Counted from the whole stretch's first letter, positions 38,525-53,189 are shown. The stretch is DNA of 63,942 nucleotides, filler included, from Octopus bimaculoides (GCF_001194135.2; 8 parts of 7 records of this genome joined end to end with filler, not necessarily neighbours in it); one strand, 5' to 3'. Made by a program: numbers and translations. Notes: generated by a model from the letters alone, not told the origin.

Positions 38525-38530
<6 letters not shown>
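37860..38530 (+). mobile_element. R4/Dong-like non-LTR C-terminal fragment (zinc finger / RLE region), followed by (TAA)n
   Basis: WTQKPLHGQH...GFILAAREQTLLTRNYQ...YLYWKIC...ITILWDFPINTD...PDII; many lesions. Confidence 0.8.
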
Positions 38531-38588
<58 letters not shown>

Positions 38589-39079
38589 GCGCTGAATAAC
38601 AACATGGATATGCTACACCGGGATTTCCATTCAAAAACGAATGTAATCTCATAACATCAGGGGAGTGAGATATAGGAACCTGCTGAAGACTTGAAGGAAG
38701 CGGTCTTTTAACGAAAATAATCACAAAAGCGAAATTTTCCTGCCATACAAAGCACAGTTTGTCCTATGCACGATGCGAACCACACACGCGAAATCAACAC
38801 CGGAAAGTTTAGAAATTATAAAATATAAATGGAACAGAATAGTAATTACATACATTTGAATAATTACGAATACACTCGAATGTCTACACAATAATATATA
38901 GATTTTAATACTGGTAGGACTGCTCATACATCTCAATGTTTACACAGCTACGTCAAATTTACAGAACACACATACGCGCATATGAAAACACATGTCACAA
39001 ACAAAGTAAAACCAAGAAGAAATCAAAGCAAACTATTTCTTTTATTTTTCGAACTAACACAAAGAGAGTGAACAATTCA

Positions 39080-42000
39080 TAAGTTTAAAATGCCAACAAA
39101 AGCCCATGTCCTTACGGCCTGCTATCATGCCATATATTTCTCCACAAAGAAATTTAATACTGTACAAACCTACATAAACTGGAGAAAGAAACACCTTGAA
39201 GACCCTACATAGACACTAACAAACTTGTCAACTTCAGAAGAAACATCATGAAAAAGAAATTACTGAGTTAGAGATTGTCCAAATTAAACAATCAATCATG
39301 GATAAAAGAAGTGAATTTGCAGCTAACGAATATACTACAGAAGAAAATAATTATAAACCAATGCAGGTCTGATGAAAATGCAATAACAATTGAAAGAGTT
39401 AATGTAACTGATAAACATAGGCAGATGAAAATCAAATAGATGAAGGAAGTCATCCAAAAATTGACCCAATAGAACTACATGATCTAAAAAATATAATCAT
39501 CATTGAATGGCTGAAAGAAAGCAATAAGAATGAACGCGACACTCTCCCAAAAAATCGCAATTTTAACCAAAACCTAAAAGTAATTGTTAAAATACGCCTT
39601 GCACTTAAGGATACAATTTCACCTAATGATGTTGATATAGATCTCAACCATCTGTACTATGCATCTGCGAAAATTTCGACGATTCTATGTGGTGAGAAGA
39701 TTAGAAAACAACAACATTCCCACAAAATAGCCTACTCGGCTAGAGCGTATTCAACACGAAATTCAGCTACTTAGGTCTGACATAGAATGTTTAAAAAGAA
39801 CCTTAAGTTTGACAAGACTATCAAACAAGCAAACACCAGAAAAGTACAGAAAAATATATAAAAACCATCAAGCAAAAGGCATATGCTAAGGCTGCCCGCA
39901 TAACAAGGTATGCAAAGCGCGTTAGATACTTCAAGGATAGCAACATGTTCGAAAATAATCCCAAAACATTGTAGAGGAAGATAGGGAAAATACCATTTAC
40001 AGTAAATTATGTCCCATCAAAAGAAGTGCAGGAATTTTGGAATAGTATTTGGGCAGAAGAAAAACACAGAATGAAATGACCACCTGAATTGATAAATATC
40101 TACAGTCTTAGACTCCGCAGAAGAGCAAAAGTGGGAGGTATCAAGGTAGAATATGTAAGATCTGCTCTCAGGAAGTCGGGCAAATGGAAGTCTCCAGGAA
40201 AGGATGCGATTCCTAACTTCTGGTTGAATGACTTCCCAGAGAGCCATGAAGTACTAACAAGACTTTACAACAATGTTTTGAAACAACGTAGTTTGACTCC
40301 GTCTTGGCTAGTTAATGATGTAACGTTCCTACTTAAAAAAATGAAGACACAAATGAACCAAAAAATTATAGACCTACAACCGGCTTAACAATAATGTATA
40401 AAATGCTAACATCTGTCTTGACTGAATATACCTATGTTTTTTTAAAGACAAAGTAGCATATTCCCTTACGATAAAAAAAGTTGTAAACGTAAATCCTATG
40501 GCTGTAAAGATCAGCTGCTTATCAATAAGATGATCTTGGAAGATTGTCACAAACGATACAAATACTTGTCAATTACCTGGATAGAGTATGAAAAAAGCTT
40601 TTGATAGTCTACCACATAGATGGATTAAGAAATTTGTGGATGTGCATAAAATAGCACCTATTCTGCGAAACCTCTTGTCTGTAAGTATGAGATCATGGAA
40701 AACTACACTGACTTTGAACAGTGACAATGAATCACTTAATGCTGTAGATGTAAGAATTCCTCTGACATTTTTCCTGGGTGACTCTCTATCACAACTCCAC
40801 TTTTGTCTAGCCCCAGTGCCTCTCTCAAAATTGCTCACTGGTGTACAATACAATTATACAATGTTTGATATAATTATAAATAATCTCATTTACATGGATA
40901 ATTTAAAGCTCTTTTCAAAAAATGACCAACAACTCAATGGTGTACAATACAGTTATACAATGTTTGATATAATTATAAATAATCTCATTTACATGGATAA
41001 TTTAAAGCTCTCTTCAAAAAATGACCAACAACTACGGGGCTTACAAGCGATTGTTAAACATTTCAGTGATGACATCAGGATGCAATTTAGCCTCGATAAA
41101 GGTGCAAAAGCTACCTTTATCAAACGGAAAAGGACAGAAACATCCAGTGTTAATTTTGAACAGCAGAATGTCATAAAGAAATCATAAGCAGCGGAAAGCT
41201 ACAAATACCTAGCAATATTTCAAGGGGGCAGAATCAAACATTCAGTAATGAGGGAAAAGATCAGAAGGGAATGTTATCGCAGGGTAAGGGCAATACTCAA
41301 GTCAGAGCTGAATGCAAGAAAATGGATCGAAGTGATCAATATTTTAGCCATACCAGTCATGACTTACATTGGATGTTTCTGTCCATTTTCCTTTCATAAA
41401 GGTAGCTTTTGTACATTTATCGAGGCTAAATTACATCCTGATGTCATCACTGAATTGTTTATCAACTTACAGTTTCAGTAACTGGTCAGTTACTGATATA
41501 TGTAATCTTGACAATTACTGGTCAATTACAGAAATATGTTATCTTGACAGAAAAAATACGAAAATTGTTGAATGCACCACCCTAAGTCAGATAAAGAACG
41601 ACTTTGTCTGCCAGAATATACAACACTAGCTATAGCGACAAATGCTGAATATGCGGTGAAAGGGGTGAAACTGTATAGCATATCGTTACCGAATACCCGA
41701 ATTTGGCACAGCGCGAATACAAAAGACGTCATGACAATGTGATAAGAATGATCCATTGGGAACTCTGTGGAAATCACGGCCTACAAAGAGCGAAGACGTG
41801 GTATCAGTAAACCCCATAAAGGGTCACCCAAAATGAGAACTGCAAAATACTGTGGGATGCAATGATCCAGTGTAATCACCTTACCAGACATCGGAAACCG
41901 GACATTGTGGTGGTGAATAAAAGAAGAAGGAGCAGGTATGATAATCGACATAGCATACCCCGGTGTCAACAAGTTCGATGTGAAAGAAGAAAAAATAAAC

Positions 42001-42306
42001 AACTATGATGATTTAAAGTCGGAGATACGAAAGTTGTGGTCAATGAAGGACGTAGACGTAATACTAATAGTAACTGGTGCATTTGGAAATATCAGCTCTC
42101 AACTACCAACATGGCTGTGAAAGATCGGTGTAAGTATATTGGTAGAAACCTACAAAAATCAACATAGGTTGGAACTGCAAGAATTATTCGCAAAGTTCTT
42201 GAAGCATGACCAGTAAAGCAAGCGTCACTTTAGTTTTCTGGCTGTGGACAGTTGACACTTTCCATCATACCCAGGAATAAAAGCTGTATGTTTTAATACA
42301 ATAATA
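39080..42306 (+). mobile_element. Near full-length, decayed and rearranged R4/Dong-like RLE non-LTR retrotransposon
   Basis: WKSPGKDAIPNFWL, GCKDQLLINKMI, KAFDSLPHRWI, GDSLSQLHFCL, YMDNLKLF, CCHC remnant, REYKRRHD, RKPDIVVV, IIDIAYP, IVTGAFG; 3' UTR with aataaaa. Confidence 0.9.
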
Positions 42307-42319
42307 TTTTTTTTTTGTA

Positions 42320-42624
<305 letters not shown>

Positions 42625-43401
42625 TAATTCTTATTTAACATTGATAATGTCTTTTAAAGCTTCTGTTTCAACCCTCCTGATAATTTTTCTTAGAAATAAA
42701 TTTCAAACTCCCATTTACTGACATCTGAAAAGACCTATTCATAGGAAACTATCTATTGTTCTCGCTTCCAGCTGTGGTTTGTATAGAGTAGCTTATGATG
42801 GCTGTTGACAATTGATATTGAATAGTAATAGCGTCAATATGAAATGAATTTGGGAAGGAATTTGGAAAGAAGAAACGGTTTATGTCTAGAAATATGAGAG
42901 CCAATTAATCTCCAATTTCAACCGATAAGATCTTAAATCTAAGTGTCTTCATATATAAAAGAATGCATTCCGGTATTCTAACAGACTGATAACGGACATG
43001 TTAAAAGTCTATTGAAAATGTTTGAGATTTCAACTTGGTGACTTAAGTACTTGATATGGATTCATAAAGCGAATCAATAATCTGACATAACGTGTTTATT
43101 GAATGTAGAATGGAAGGAATTAAGATAAGTAACATTCATACTCAAAAACGTTACACAAAGCATCTAATGAAGATTAAATAATATTCAAATGTTTTCATCC
43201 GCAATAGTAGTTCAGATCTATGATAATTTTCCAGCTATAGGCATCGAATATTTCAAAATTTGCCTTTTATGTATTTATTTTTTGTTATTAAAACGATGTC
43301 TGTGATTGTGTTCCCTTGCATTACGAAAGCGAAAGTGCTAGAATGTATTCACCTGAGATTTTGGTATTCTTTCTAGCTCGTCGTATGTCAATGTTAAGGG
43401 T

Positions 43402-44059
43402 CATGTGTTACTCGTTTTCGCATAATTTTTCACATTGGCTCATATATAGATAATAATTTCGATGAATGTTGTTTACAAACCTGATCGATAGTATCTCATC
43501 GTATACGATTTTATTACTGGTAAAACATGAATCGGTATAAAGACACACTGTGCAGAAATAGCTATAATCACATAGATCTGATGATGTAATTGAAGTTTTG
43601 TAACGTATAAATTCGTGCATGCATGTGTTACTCGTTTTCGCATAATTTTTCACATTGGCTCATATATATTCTAATACTCTATTCAGAAAATGTTAATAAC
43701 ATGATATGCTTTTGATACATATGAAAATTTACTACATATATAGTATGGTTTTACTTCTATATCAAATATATTTTTCTTGAACTTCGGTTCGGTAATGAAT
43801 TTCTCAACTACAATGACGTCATATCACTTATAACATATTATTAGATATATATTTTCGCAAAATATCTATGACTACCATACATAGATAATAATTTCGATGA
43901 ATGTTGTTTACAAACTTGATCGATAGTATCTCATCGTATACGATGTTATTACTGGTAAAACATGGATCGGTATAAAGACACACTGTGCAGAAATAGCTAT
44001 AATCACATAGATCTGATGATGTAATTGAAGTTTTGTAACGTATAAATTCGTGCATGCAT
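43402..44059. repeat. Local duplications: 220-bp-period partial tandem (43402/43622) and a 179-bp near-identical copy (43446-43624 = 43881-44059)
   Basis: Three mismatches seen by eye between the 179-bp copies. Confidence 0.9.
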
Positions 44060-44061
44060 AC

Positions 44062-44272
44062 TGTTATGGGAATAATAATAATGGACAATAATGGAACACC
44101 AATCCTATGTAACAAGTGGTATGTGTAGCTGTTAGAAGTATTTTGACTTAGGAAGTCGAGTGTTTGAGAAGTCGGTGAAGTCGGTCATAGTTAGTCGTGC
44201 CTTTTCATGTCGAAGACACTATACTACTATACCGGAGTGGGTGTTATAATAGTCCGACCTTGGTTTACAACA
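44062..44272 (+). repeat. 5' LTR of the Gypsy element
   Basis: TG...CA ends; shares blocks with the 3' LTR (gtcgagtg, ctataccggagtg, gttataata). Confidence 0.75.
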
Positions 44273-47200
44273 GCGGCAGCGAGAAATTAACAAACTTACG
44301 AAGAATTAATAAACTCATGAAGAATAAACAAATTCACGATGATTAAACAAACATACTAAGAGTTGCGAAACTCACAAAAGTTTTTTGTACGAATTATACG
44401 GTATACAAAATCGTAAAATAATGGAAAATCGCTTTCCGTTTTGCTCGAGTTGCAAAAAGAAGAAGAACAACAACAGCTATGATTACAGCAACAAATTCTG
44501 CAATTAATGAATCGTAAGTCGTCCAGGAATGCTGAAAAGATGTTCTCGTCAGGTTATGTGGCGAACTCTATAACGGAATGAACCGGATGAAGGAGTTACC
44601 TTCGCGGCGTACTATAGAAGATACGAAGAGATCGTTAATAAAGAGTACACAGATTAGGACTCGTCTAATCCTAAGACAACTGGTAGCAGGAGATGATGAG
44701 CGTTACAATAATTACGTACTCCCGAGAAAACCTTCTGACATAAATATTATAAATACAATAGACATATTGTGTAAACTTTTTATCAAGAAAATACACGCTG
44801 AAAATGTTTGAACATAGAAAAGAGCAACGAGGAAACTACATTAGAAATGCTGGTAGAGAATGTGAAAAGTTTAATCTGGACGAGTTAACACCAGATATGT
44901 TCAAGTGCCAGGGATTTACTCGGGAACTAGCAGCAGAATAAGACGGAGAATTAAGAACAAGAATTCTCGATAGGCTGGACCAAAACCAAGCTGTAATCTT
45001 ACAACAAGTATCGGAAGAGTGTAAAAGAATAGTAAATCTAAGGCATGACACAGAAAAAAATGAACATAAGATTGCACCCAAGCGAAACAAGTGCGTCGGA
45101 AGAAAAAAAGAAAAAAACAGGCAGAAGAGAAATCAAGTGTGTACTAAAATGTAGTACAAACAAGACAAAGGTCAGGAAACAAAACCATATTTTGTATGTG
45201 GAGGTCTAGACCTGAGGAAAACCTGCTCATTTAAGTAAGTGGAATATTTCTGTTATGGAAAAATTGGACACGTAAAAGCGCCCTGTAAAACGAAGATGAT
45301 AAACCGTTGGACCAAAAAAAAGAAAAAGAGTAAACAAGATATCGTCGGAAGAAAATGGTAATGTGACAAATAGGAAATTCGTAAATGTGAAAATTGAAAA
45401 TGTAAGGGTAAAAATGCAATATAAGAGTAAAACTGGAAGTGATATTACCATTGTGAATAAAAAAAAATTGGAAGTATGTCGGAAACCCAAAATGAAGTAA
45501 ATCTACAAAAGTAGTACATGGTTTTACGAGGAGAAGATTGAAGTTTGTGGGTGAATTTTTGTGTATTGTGACATTTCGTGACGAAGTGAAAACGGCAAAC
45601 GTATATGTGATACTGACGCTTATTAGCCATTAATATACACCGTGACTTATTTAAATTTAAGCGGCTTGCCTTCGGTGTAAAATTGGCTCCTTCTATAATT
45701 CAACAAATCGTAGATGCAATACTGGCAGACTGTGCTTTCTCTACCACCTATTTAGACGATATCCTAATAAAAAAAGAATCACACGAAGAACATGTAGAAC
45801 AGAGGGTATTCGAGAAGATGATAGACTATGGCTTTAAGTTAGGTGAAGAAAAATGTGAGTTCTTTGTGAGGAACTTTAAATACTTGCACCAGATGATAGA
45901 TAAAAACGGATGGAACCGGATGTATTGAGAGCTACTGCGATAAAAAATACGCCTACGCCGACTGTGAATATGCTACAAGTATTCTTTTGTGATTAGTAAA
46001 TTATTACCGAATTTATATTCCCGATATACACAAATTAAGAGCCCCGCTAACTGATTTGTTAAAGTAAAATGGAAAATGGTGCTGGGCTGATAAGTGTCAG
46101 AAGGCAGTTGTCAAATTAAAAAAGAACGTTTTAACACCGAACTTATCGTTAATGCATTTTGATCCGGAGCTGGATATTGTATTGACAACAAATACGAGTA
46201 ATTACAATGTAGGAGCAGTGCTTCTGCACAAATATGACGATGGGAGTGCAAAGGTTATAACCCATGAGTCACGATCATTATTGCCAGTAGAAAGGAACTA
46301 CAGCCAAAATAGAAAAGGAAGCGTTATCAATAATATTCGGCATGAAAACATTCCATAGATTTATTCATGGAAGAAGTTTCTATTTACAAACGGATCCTCA
46401 CCGTTACTGTTGATATACGTTTCTAAAAAAAGGAATACCAACAACACACACTGTTAATAAACTACAGCGATGGGACACTACCTTTTTGAATTATGATTTC
46501 AAAATGGAATATTTACCGTCAAAGAAACAAAGGTATGCGGATGGTGCGTACAGATTAATACCGAAATACTGTGAGCCATTCGAAAATACGGTAATCGCAG
46601 CATTTACAACAGGAGAAATAAAAAAAATGTAATGTAGAATGTCGTGCGCGAATTACTGGTGACCCTAGAAGAAATGAAACGAAATGCGGAAAGGTACAAA
46701 CTCTTAACAAAAAAGGAAAAGTAAATAGGAACAGGATTTGTGCCAAATAAAATCAAGACGTGAAGCTATACTCAATCTTTTATAGTGAACCGATATATGC
46801 AGAGAGAATCGTAATACTTGAAATATTTTAAATGAAATTGTTGAGGAAACTCCATGTTGACATCCTAGTATGTCGAGGATGAAAGCTTTAATGAGTAGCT
46901 ACGTGTACTGGTCGAAAGTGGATAGAGAAATGGAAAACTTAATGAAAGGTTGCACAGAATGTGCTCTAGCAGCAACATTACTGACGCGGAAAAAAGTGAA
47001 ACTTTGCTATAAGTAGATGTTCCGTGGTCGAGACTACACATTGATTTCGTTGGTCCCTTAAATGGTCCATATACTTAGTAGTATTAGGTAATTTATCTAA
47101 ATGGCCAGCAATTGGTAAGTGTAAATAGCCAAGCTCCTCAGCTACGACAAAGTTTGTGCATGAGTTGAACACTTGAGTGTCTGATAATGAAACGCAATTT

Positions 47201-47897
47201 GTGTATTTTAAGTTTTAAATGTTTTGTAAAACGTTCGCTGTAGAACATGTAACTACTGTGCCATACCACCCCAGGTCTAACGGATGAATAGAACTCTTTA
47301 TCGACACGTTCAAGAGATCCCTAATAAAGTCGAATAAGAAAGTCACGGATGAGGTAGCTCTACAACAATTCTTAAGTGTATACCGAGTAATACCAACTCC
47401 AACACAACAGCAATTGCTTCCTGGTAACAAAAGAAATGTTGCAATGGATAATACAGTAACATATTTCATTATTGGTGAAAATGCATTTGTTAGGGCATAT
47501 AAGAATAGCAAACAAAGCTGGGAAGACGACGTAATTACCAAGCGCATAGGAAAAGTGCTGTACTTGATAAAAGGAAAAAAAATGGGTATAGAAGAGACAA
47601 ATAAATCAACTCAAAAAGGATTCGTTGGGAGTGAACCTAAGAAAATGGAAGAGCCAATGAAATGGTTTTATGATAATTTTCAAGTACTAACACCACTACA
47701 AATAATTGAACCCAGACGCACAAGCGAAAGAAAAATATAATGTACGGAGCTCCTGGAACTGGATGCCAAACGAAAAAATATATTGAATTTTTACCTGTAT
47801 CCAAAACAAAAACTCAAGAAAGAGGTGATGTAAAAATTACTGTAAATAAAAGAAATGAAATTACATCGTCTGGGAAGAAAAAACCCAAAAGGGGAGG

Positions 47898-48097
47898 TGT
47901 CATTGGGATAATAATAATAATAACAATGGAATGCCCCTACCACGTGAGAGTGTTATGTGATGGTCGTTACAATTACTGTTGCATAGTATGTCGAGTGGTC
48001 GAGGAGTCGGTCATTTATAATCGTATCTTTACTTGTCCAACTAACGATACGGCTATACCGGAGTGAACGTTATAATACTCTGACGTTGTATTATACA
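47898..48097 (+). repeat. 3' LTR of the Gypsy element
   Basis: Starts TGT immediately after the PPT and ends CA. Confidence 0.8.
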
Positions 48098-48161
48098 CAT
48101 ACATACATAAATTCATACACAAACACAGACACAAACACATACACAAACACAGACACAGACA

Positions 48162-48228
<67 letters not shown>

Positions 48229-48393
48229 GCTCATAGTATTTATTCTGAAAAATGAATAGAAATGGCATTTATAATAATTTTTCCACACATTATTATTAAT
48301 GTGGAAAAATTATCAAGGGCCATCTCTATTTATTGTTTCATATATAAAATACTGTATCAGTGCCTTTCTATTTCTTATTCTACTATATATATA

Positions 48394-48682
48394 TATATTA
48401 CTCAATGAAATTATAATTTAGACTGATTTTCAGGTTTTATTAAGTGCAATTTTTACAATTTTACAATTTTGCAATATTGAAATAACTAGTACTTTCATGC
48501 GTTTCGCAATCATCAGGTCAACTGTGGAATACGAATGTTGCTAAATAAACCTGATGATTGCGTAACACATGTAAGTACTATTTTATTTCAATACTGTAAT
48601 ATTGTAAAATTGTAAACATTGCACTTAATAAAACGTTAAAACGTGAAATTCTGACTAAATCGAAATTTCATTGATTATTATA
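48394..48682. mobile_element. MITE-like fold-back element, arms about 120 bp, loop about 32 bp
   Basis: tcaatgaaat...gttttattaagtgcaat...catcagg / cctgatg...attgcacttaataaaac...atttcattga; abuts (TA)n on the left. Confidence 0.8.
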
Positions 48683-48820
48683 TCCTTCTATACAGTCATA
48701 CAAAATCGAATATATATATATATATATATACACTCACATTACATTATCTACATATGTATATATGGATGCATATATGCACATTTATCTCTTTCTCTCACTC
48801 ACATACACACACACTTTATA

Positions 48821-48874
<54 letters not shown>

Positions 48875-49611
48875 ATTACAATAACTAGAATATTGTACAT
48901 TTATATTATATTAAGTAAATATTATATATATTATAGAGTCTAATATTAGGGAGCATACAAATTCAGCCTAGGTCAAATTTGTCTTTCATCATTTCGAGGT
49001 CGATAAAATAAGTACCACTTGAACACTGGCGTCAATCTAATCGATCTAAAATCTCACGCGAATGTGCTGGAATTGTGGTACAATATGAAATCAATATTAG
49101 TGTATATAAGAACCCATGTGAGTTTATTTGGCTATGTATTAAAACTGTACTTCATTCAGTTTACTAAATTTGCACTCGCCACTGTTATTTATACAGACAT
49201 TTCTACATACGTATTTGCATATATATACGCACACATAAATGTATGTATGTATGAACATATGTTTGTATGCATCTATGTATGTATGTAAACATCAATTGTC
49301 TAATGCCGTTTAGTAAATTTCAACTCTTTTAGAACATTATCTCTTCGTTTCGCTCATATTCGAAATATCAATCTAAAAGGGAAAAATCTTTTGTTTAGTT
49401 ACAGCTTTGCCTCAAGCATTGTCGTTCATTGAACGATGACCAATGCTTCTGAGGAGAAATACCAAGAGACCTAATGTGAACTGCTGAAATTTAGACAGAT
49501 GAGGTTTAGCTTTACGAAGTTCATTAAAAAATACCAAAATTATCAAATATCTTAATCTTACGATTACATGTCATCATACACTCACACATAAACACACGCA
49601 TACATATATGA

Positions 49612-49688
<77 letters not shown>

Positions 49689-51614
49689 TTTATATATATA
49701 TATTATAGATATACATATATACACGCAAGCACACACATACAATCTCACACACAAAAATATATATACACATGTTTGTATATATGTGTATATAAACATGGCG
49801 CCAATTTGTTAAAACGTCGAAGATAAGAGGTCAAGATAAGGGAAGCCACTCGGAATATTGAGAATGTACAATAACGTCTAGAAATGAACATTAAGTAATA
49901 AATTTTCATCATAGGCATTTTCTTTTATTAAAACACTGTATCTTCATTGGTTTACGTGAGGTGGCCGAAAAATTTGCACGGCCATTTTTGGTGGTGGTCT
50001 CGCATGCAGAACCCCTACTTCAAAATATAATGATTAAGTATGGAAATGCCTCCAACAGTGCCAATGTTTGATCTGTAAGAAACGCAATGCGAAACATCCA
50101 CTTACCAGTTGGAAATTAGTAGAAATTTACAATAGTTTAAAGTTGCCGAAGACTTTTTCACGGTACAGTACATGTACACAGTAACATTTGTCTTAAAGAC
50201 TACAGATCCAAATTCATCAATCACTCATTAATATGTTTGATAAGTCCTTCATAGTTTAATTTAGGCATTATCATCACATTTATTTTGGATACCACCATAC
50301 AAACGTCATGCAGAAATCCAATCTTCCAGCGTGTTATAATAACTGAGTCATAAAATGCTTCATAAACACGAAACAGAACAATGTATCGCTTTCCAAAATC
50401 TCTTTCAAAGGCTATCGCCTCACTTTCGTAACCAATCGTAGCACTAAATTATGCAAAAGAGATAACTCAAATATCAGAACCAGAAGTTGACAAAATTTTA
50501 TAAACAAGAACATTGTGTCCCTTCTGCAACAATATAACTTGAATCAATAAAGGGAAGAAATTCTGTTTCAGCGTATAAACAAACTCAAAAGATGCCGTGG
50601 TCGCTAGCGATGTAATAGGATTATGAATACTTAATGTTCTTTTTGATAATAAATCCCTCATCACCGGAGACTTATATATAGAGAACATTCTGTTCTTCCA
50701 ATGATTTGGAAACATTCTAAATTATTATTTCGAGAATATGGACCTTTCAAATACTTTTGATGTGCATTGCAAACAACCAACTACATTGACGTAGAAAAGT
50801 GCACAAATAACCCTTTCGTGGAACTTGCTGGACATTTAAAGCGAAGAGATGTATTCACAAATCAAGTCTCACTTATCATTACGAATTGTAAGAATGTCTT
50901 ATCACACTCTACAGTCTTTTCTCTGAGAGTTACAACTTCAACAATATTTCCTACCAATTTGATGAAGTGGTATCTCTAAGAAGATATCATGAAGCAATGA
51001 AATGCACTGAATTCTTCTTTCTAATGTTGACACTCGGCAGCAACTTTGAGACAAGGTGGTTAGTCAAGACTATCACCCCAGTATTTCACTGGTACTTTAT
51101 TTCATCAAACCCGAATGGATGGAAGACAAACTTCACCTTCGCAGTATTTGAAATTAAACCGTAAGAAAACAAGAAACACCACTCTGTATTTTTCCGAAGT
51201 CTAACTATTCGTCAAGCTGCTCACTTTCAAATGAGCGCAAGATTTGCTTTCAACACTTCGAAAAATCTTTCTACATTTCCATAAAATGCAATAGAAATTG
51301 TATTGCGTAAATTTTTTTATGGGAAATTAATAGTCATAAATGAATATGTTATATTTTGTGCAGATCGTTTTTAGACAAATTTTAAATTATACAATGATTT
51401 CTGTATGAACATTTATCATATATTTGTGAGCAGAGAATAATTTCAAGGGCCTATCTTCAGACTCCGTTTCGATATACCTCAGAATATCCCATATCAAGTT
51501 CGTTCTCTTCCCACGTGACATTTCTCTTCCTCTCTCTCTTTTGATATTTATATCAGTATCTCTCTCTCTATCTATCAATCAATCTGTCTGTATGCATGTC
51601 TGTTTCTCTGTCTC

Positions 51615-51736
<122 letters not shown>

Positions 51737-52570
51737 CATACACATATATACACACACACGCACACACACACAAAGACGCGCACACTCAGTGAGGGAGAGA
51801 GAGAATGAGAGATACAATATATTTTTAGAAAAATAGAAGGATTGCGATTGCATTCTTTATCATTCTCTCTCAATATTTAAAAACGTGAAACTTCCGGATG
51901 CGTAATATGTGAATGTCTTACTGCATTGTATAAAATTAATATATATGCTTTCCATTGAGGAAGTACATCTGTTGCATTTCCACTGAGGGACAACCATCAG
52001 CAAACTGCAAAAGTATCCGACAAGGCATCAGAGCATAAATATGCTCGCATTCATAAATGTTCTTATTACAACTAAATACCATTATTTAATTCATAATATT
52101 TCCTCTGATTTCAAGATGTGGTGGGTCTAAATATCTAGTGCTTTATTAATGAGGCACCATTAGAAATAAGCATACGCAAATTTCGATAACACTAGTGTTT
52201 GCTTAATTCCTAACAAATATATATCAATAGAGTATATTATGTTAATGATTATGAAAGAAATTACATACGTAATCTCCTGAGCAAAGACAAACATTACAAC
52301 GTTCCGTCAGGCGTGTTCTTTTACTTTTTCCACAATTCGATGAATGCAATAACAAAAACTGTTATATACAGTGTGAAAGCGTTCTAATAGTTTCCTCTAA
52401 ACAGTATTTCATTCCTTCAGATTCAAAGTGTTTGCGCATAAAATGTGTACACAAAAACACTCACGCACGCATCCTATATATACATACTGAGATTTCTAGA
52501 CTGATTGATAGATAAATGGATACAATGGATATATATGTGAGTGCATATATTTGTATACGTATATACATAC

Positions 52571-52637
<67 letters not shown>

Positions 52638-52874
52638 AAAAGGTAACAACAGAATGAGACCTCGATATTAGATAAATAGAGGATTATTTATATGTGTGTG
52701 TATGTGAATGTACACATACATGTTTGTGTGAGTATGTAGACGTTGGGAACGCAGGGAGTTTATGTCTGTATTTTGTGAGAATATGGTTGCGTGTATCTTT
52801 TATCCTTTTTCTTTTTCTATCTGTTAGAATAACTTCCTTTTTATTCAACGGTTTTTCATAGCGTATGTTGCCAT

Positions 52875-52935
52875 TAACAGCCGACGAGAATGTATCGGAG
52901 CTCTTCGCACCGACATTCGAAACTCTGAATATAAC
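52875..52935 (+). ncRNA. Degenerate HHR motif with CCGACGA core and long intact stem II
   Basis: CCGACGA-GAATG-TA-TCGG...CCGA-CATTC-GAAAC; stems I and III not convincing. Confidence 0.45.
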
Positions 52936-53052
52936 GATAACCTTTTACTGTTTGTTCTAAATTATAACATGCGCATACATGAATACATACATACCTACAT
53001 ACATACATACATATATATATATATACAGAGAGAGAGAGAGAGAGGGGAGAGA

Positions 53053-53177
<125 letters not shown>

Positions 53178-53189
53178 GTATTAGGTGTC

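Larger units (their letters stand above)
44062..48097 (+). mobile_element. Decayed Gypsy (Ty3) LTR retrotransposon with both LTRs
   Basis: gag remnant (RYNNYVLPRKPSDI, CCHC knuckle), protease TGSD, RT TYLDDILI, RNase H (GAVLLH...SRSLLPVERNYSQ), integrase HHCC and PWSRLHIDFVGP / PYHPRSNG; PBS-like at 44273; PPT aaaaggggagg at 47887-47897; possible TSD catac. Confidence 0.92.

Noticed and set aside
47215-47547. 110-aa minus-strand ORF
   Set aside because: Antisense of the Gypsy integrase region.
50220-50720. Two open minus-strand frames of about 75-80 codons
   Set aside because: No recognisable motif or consistent splice pair; this length is plausible by chance.
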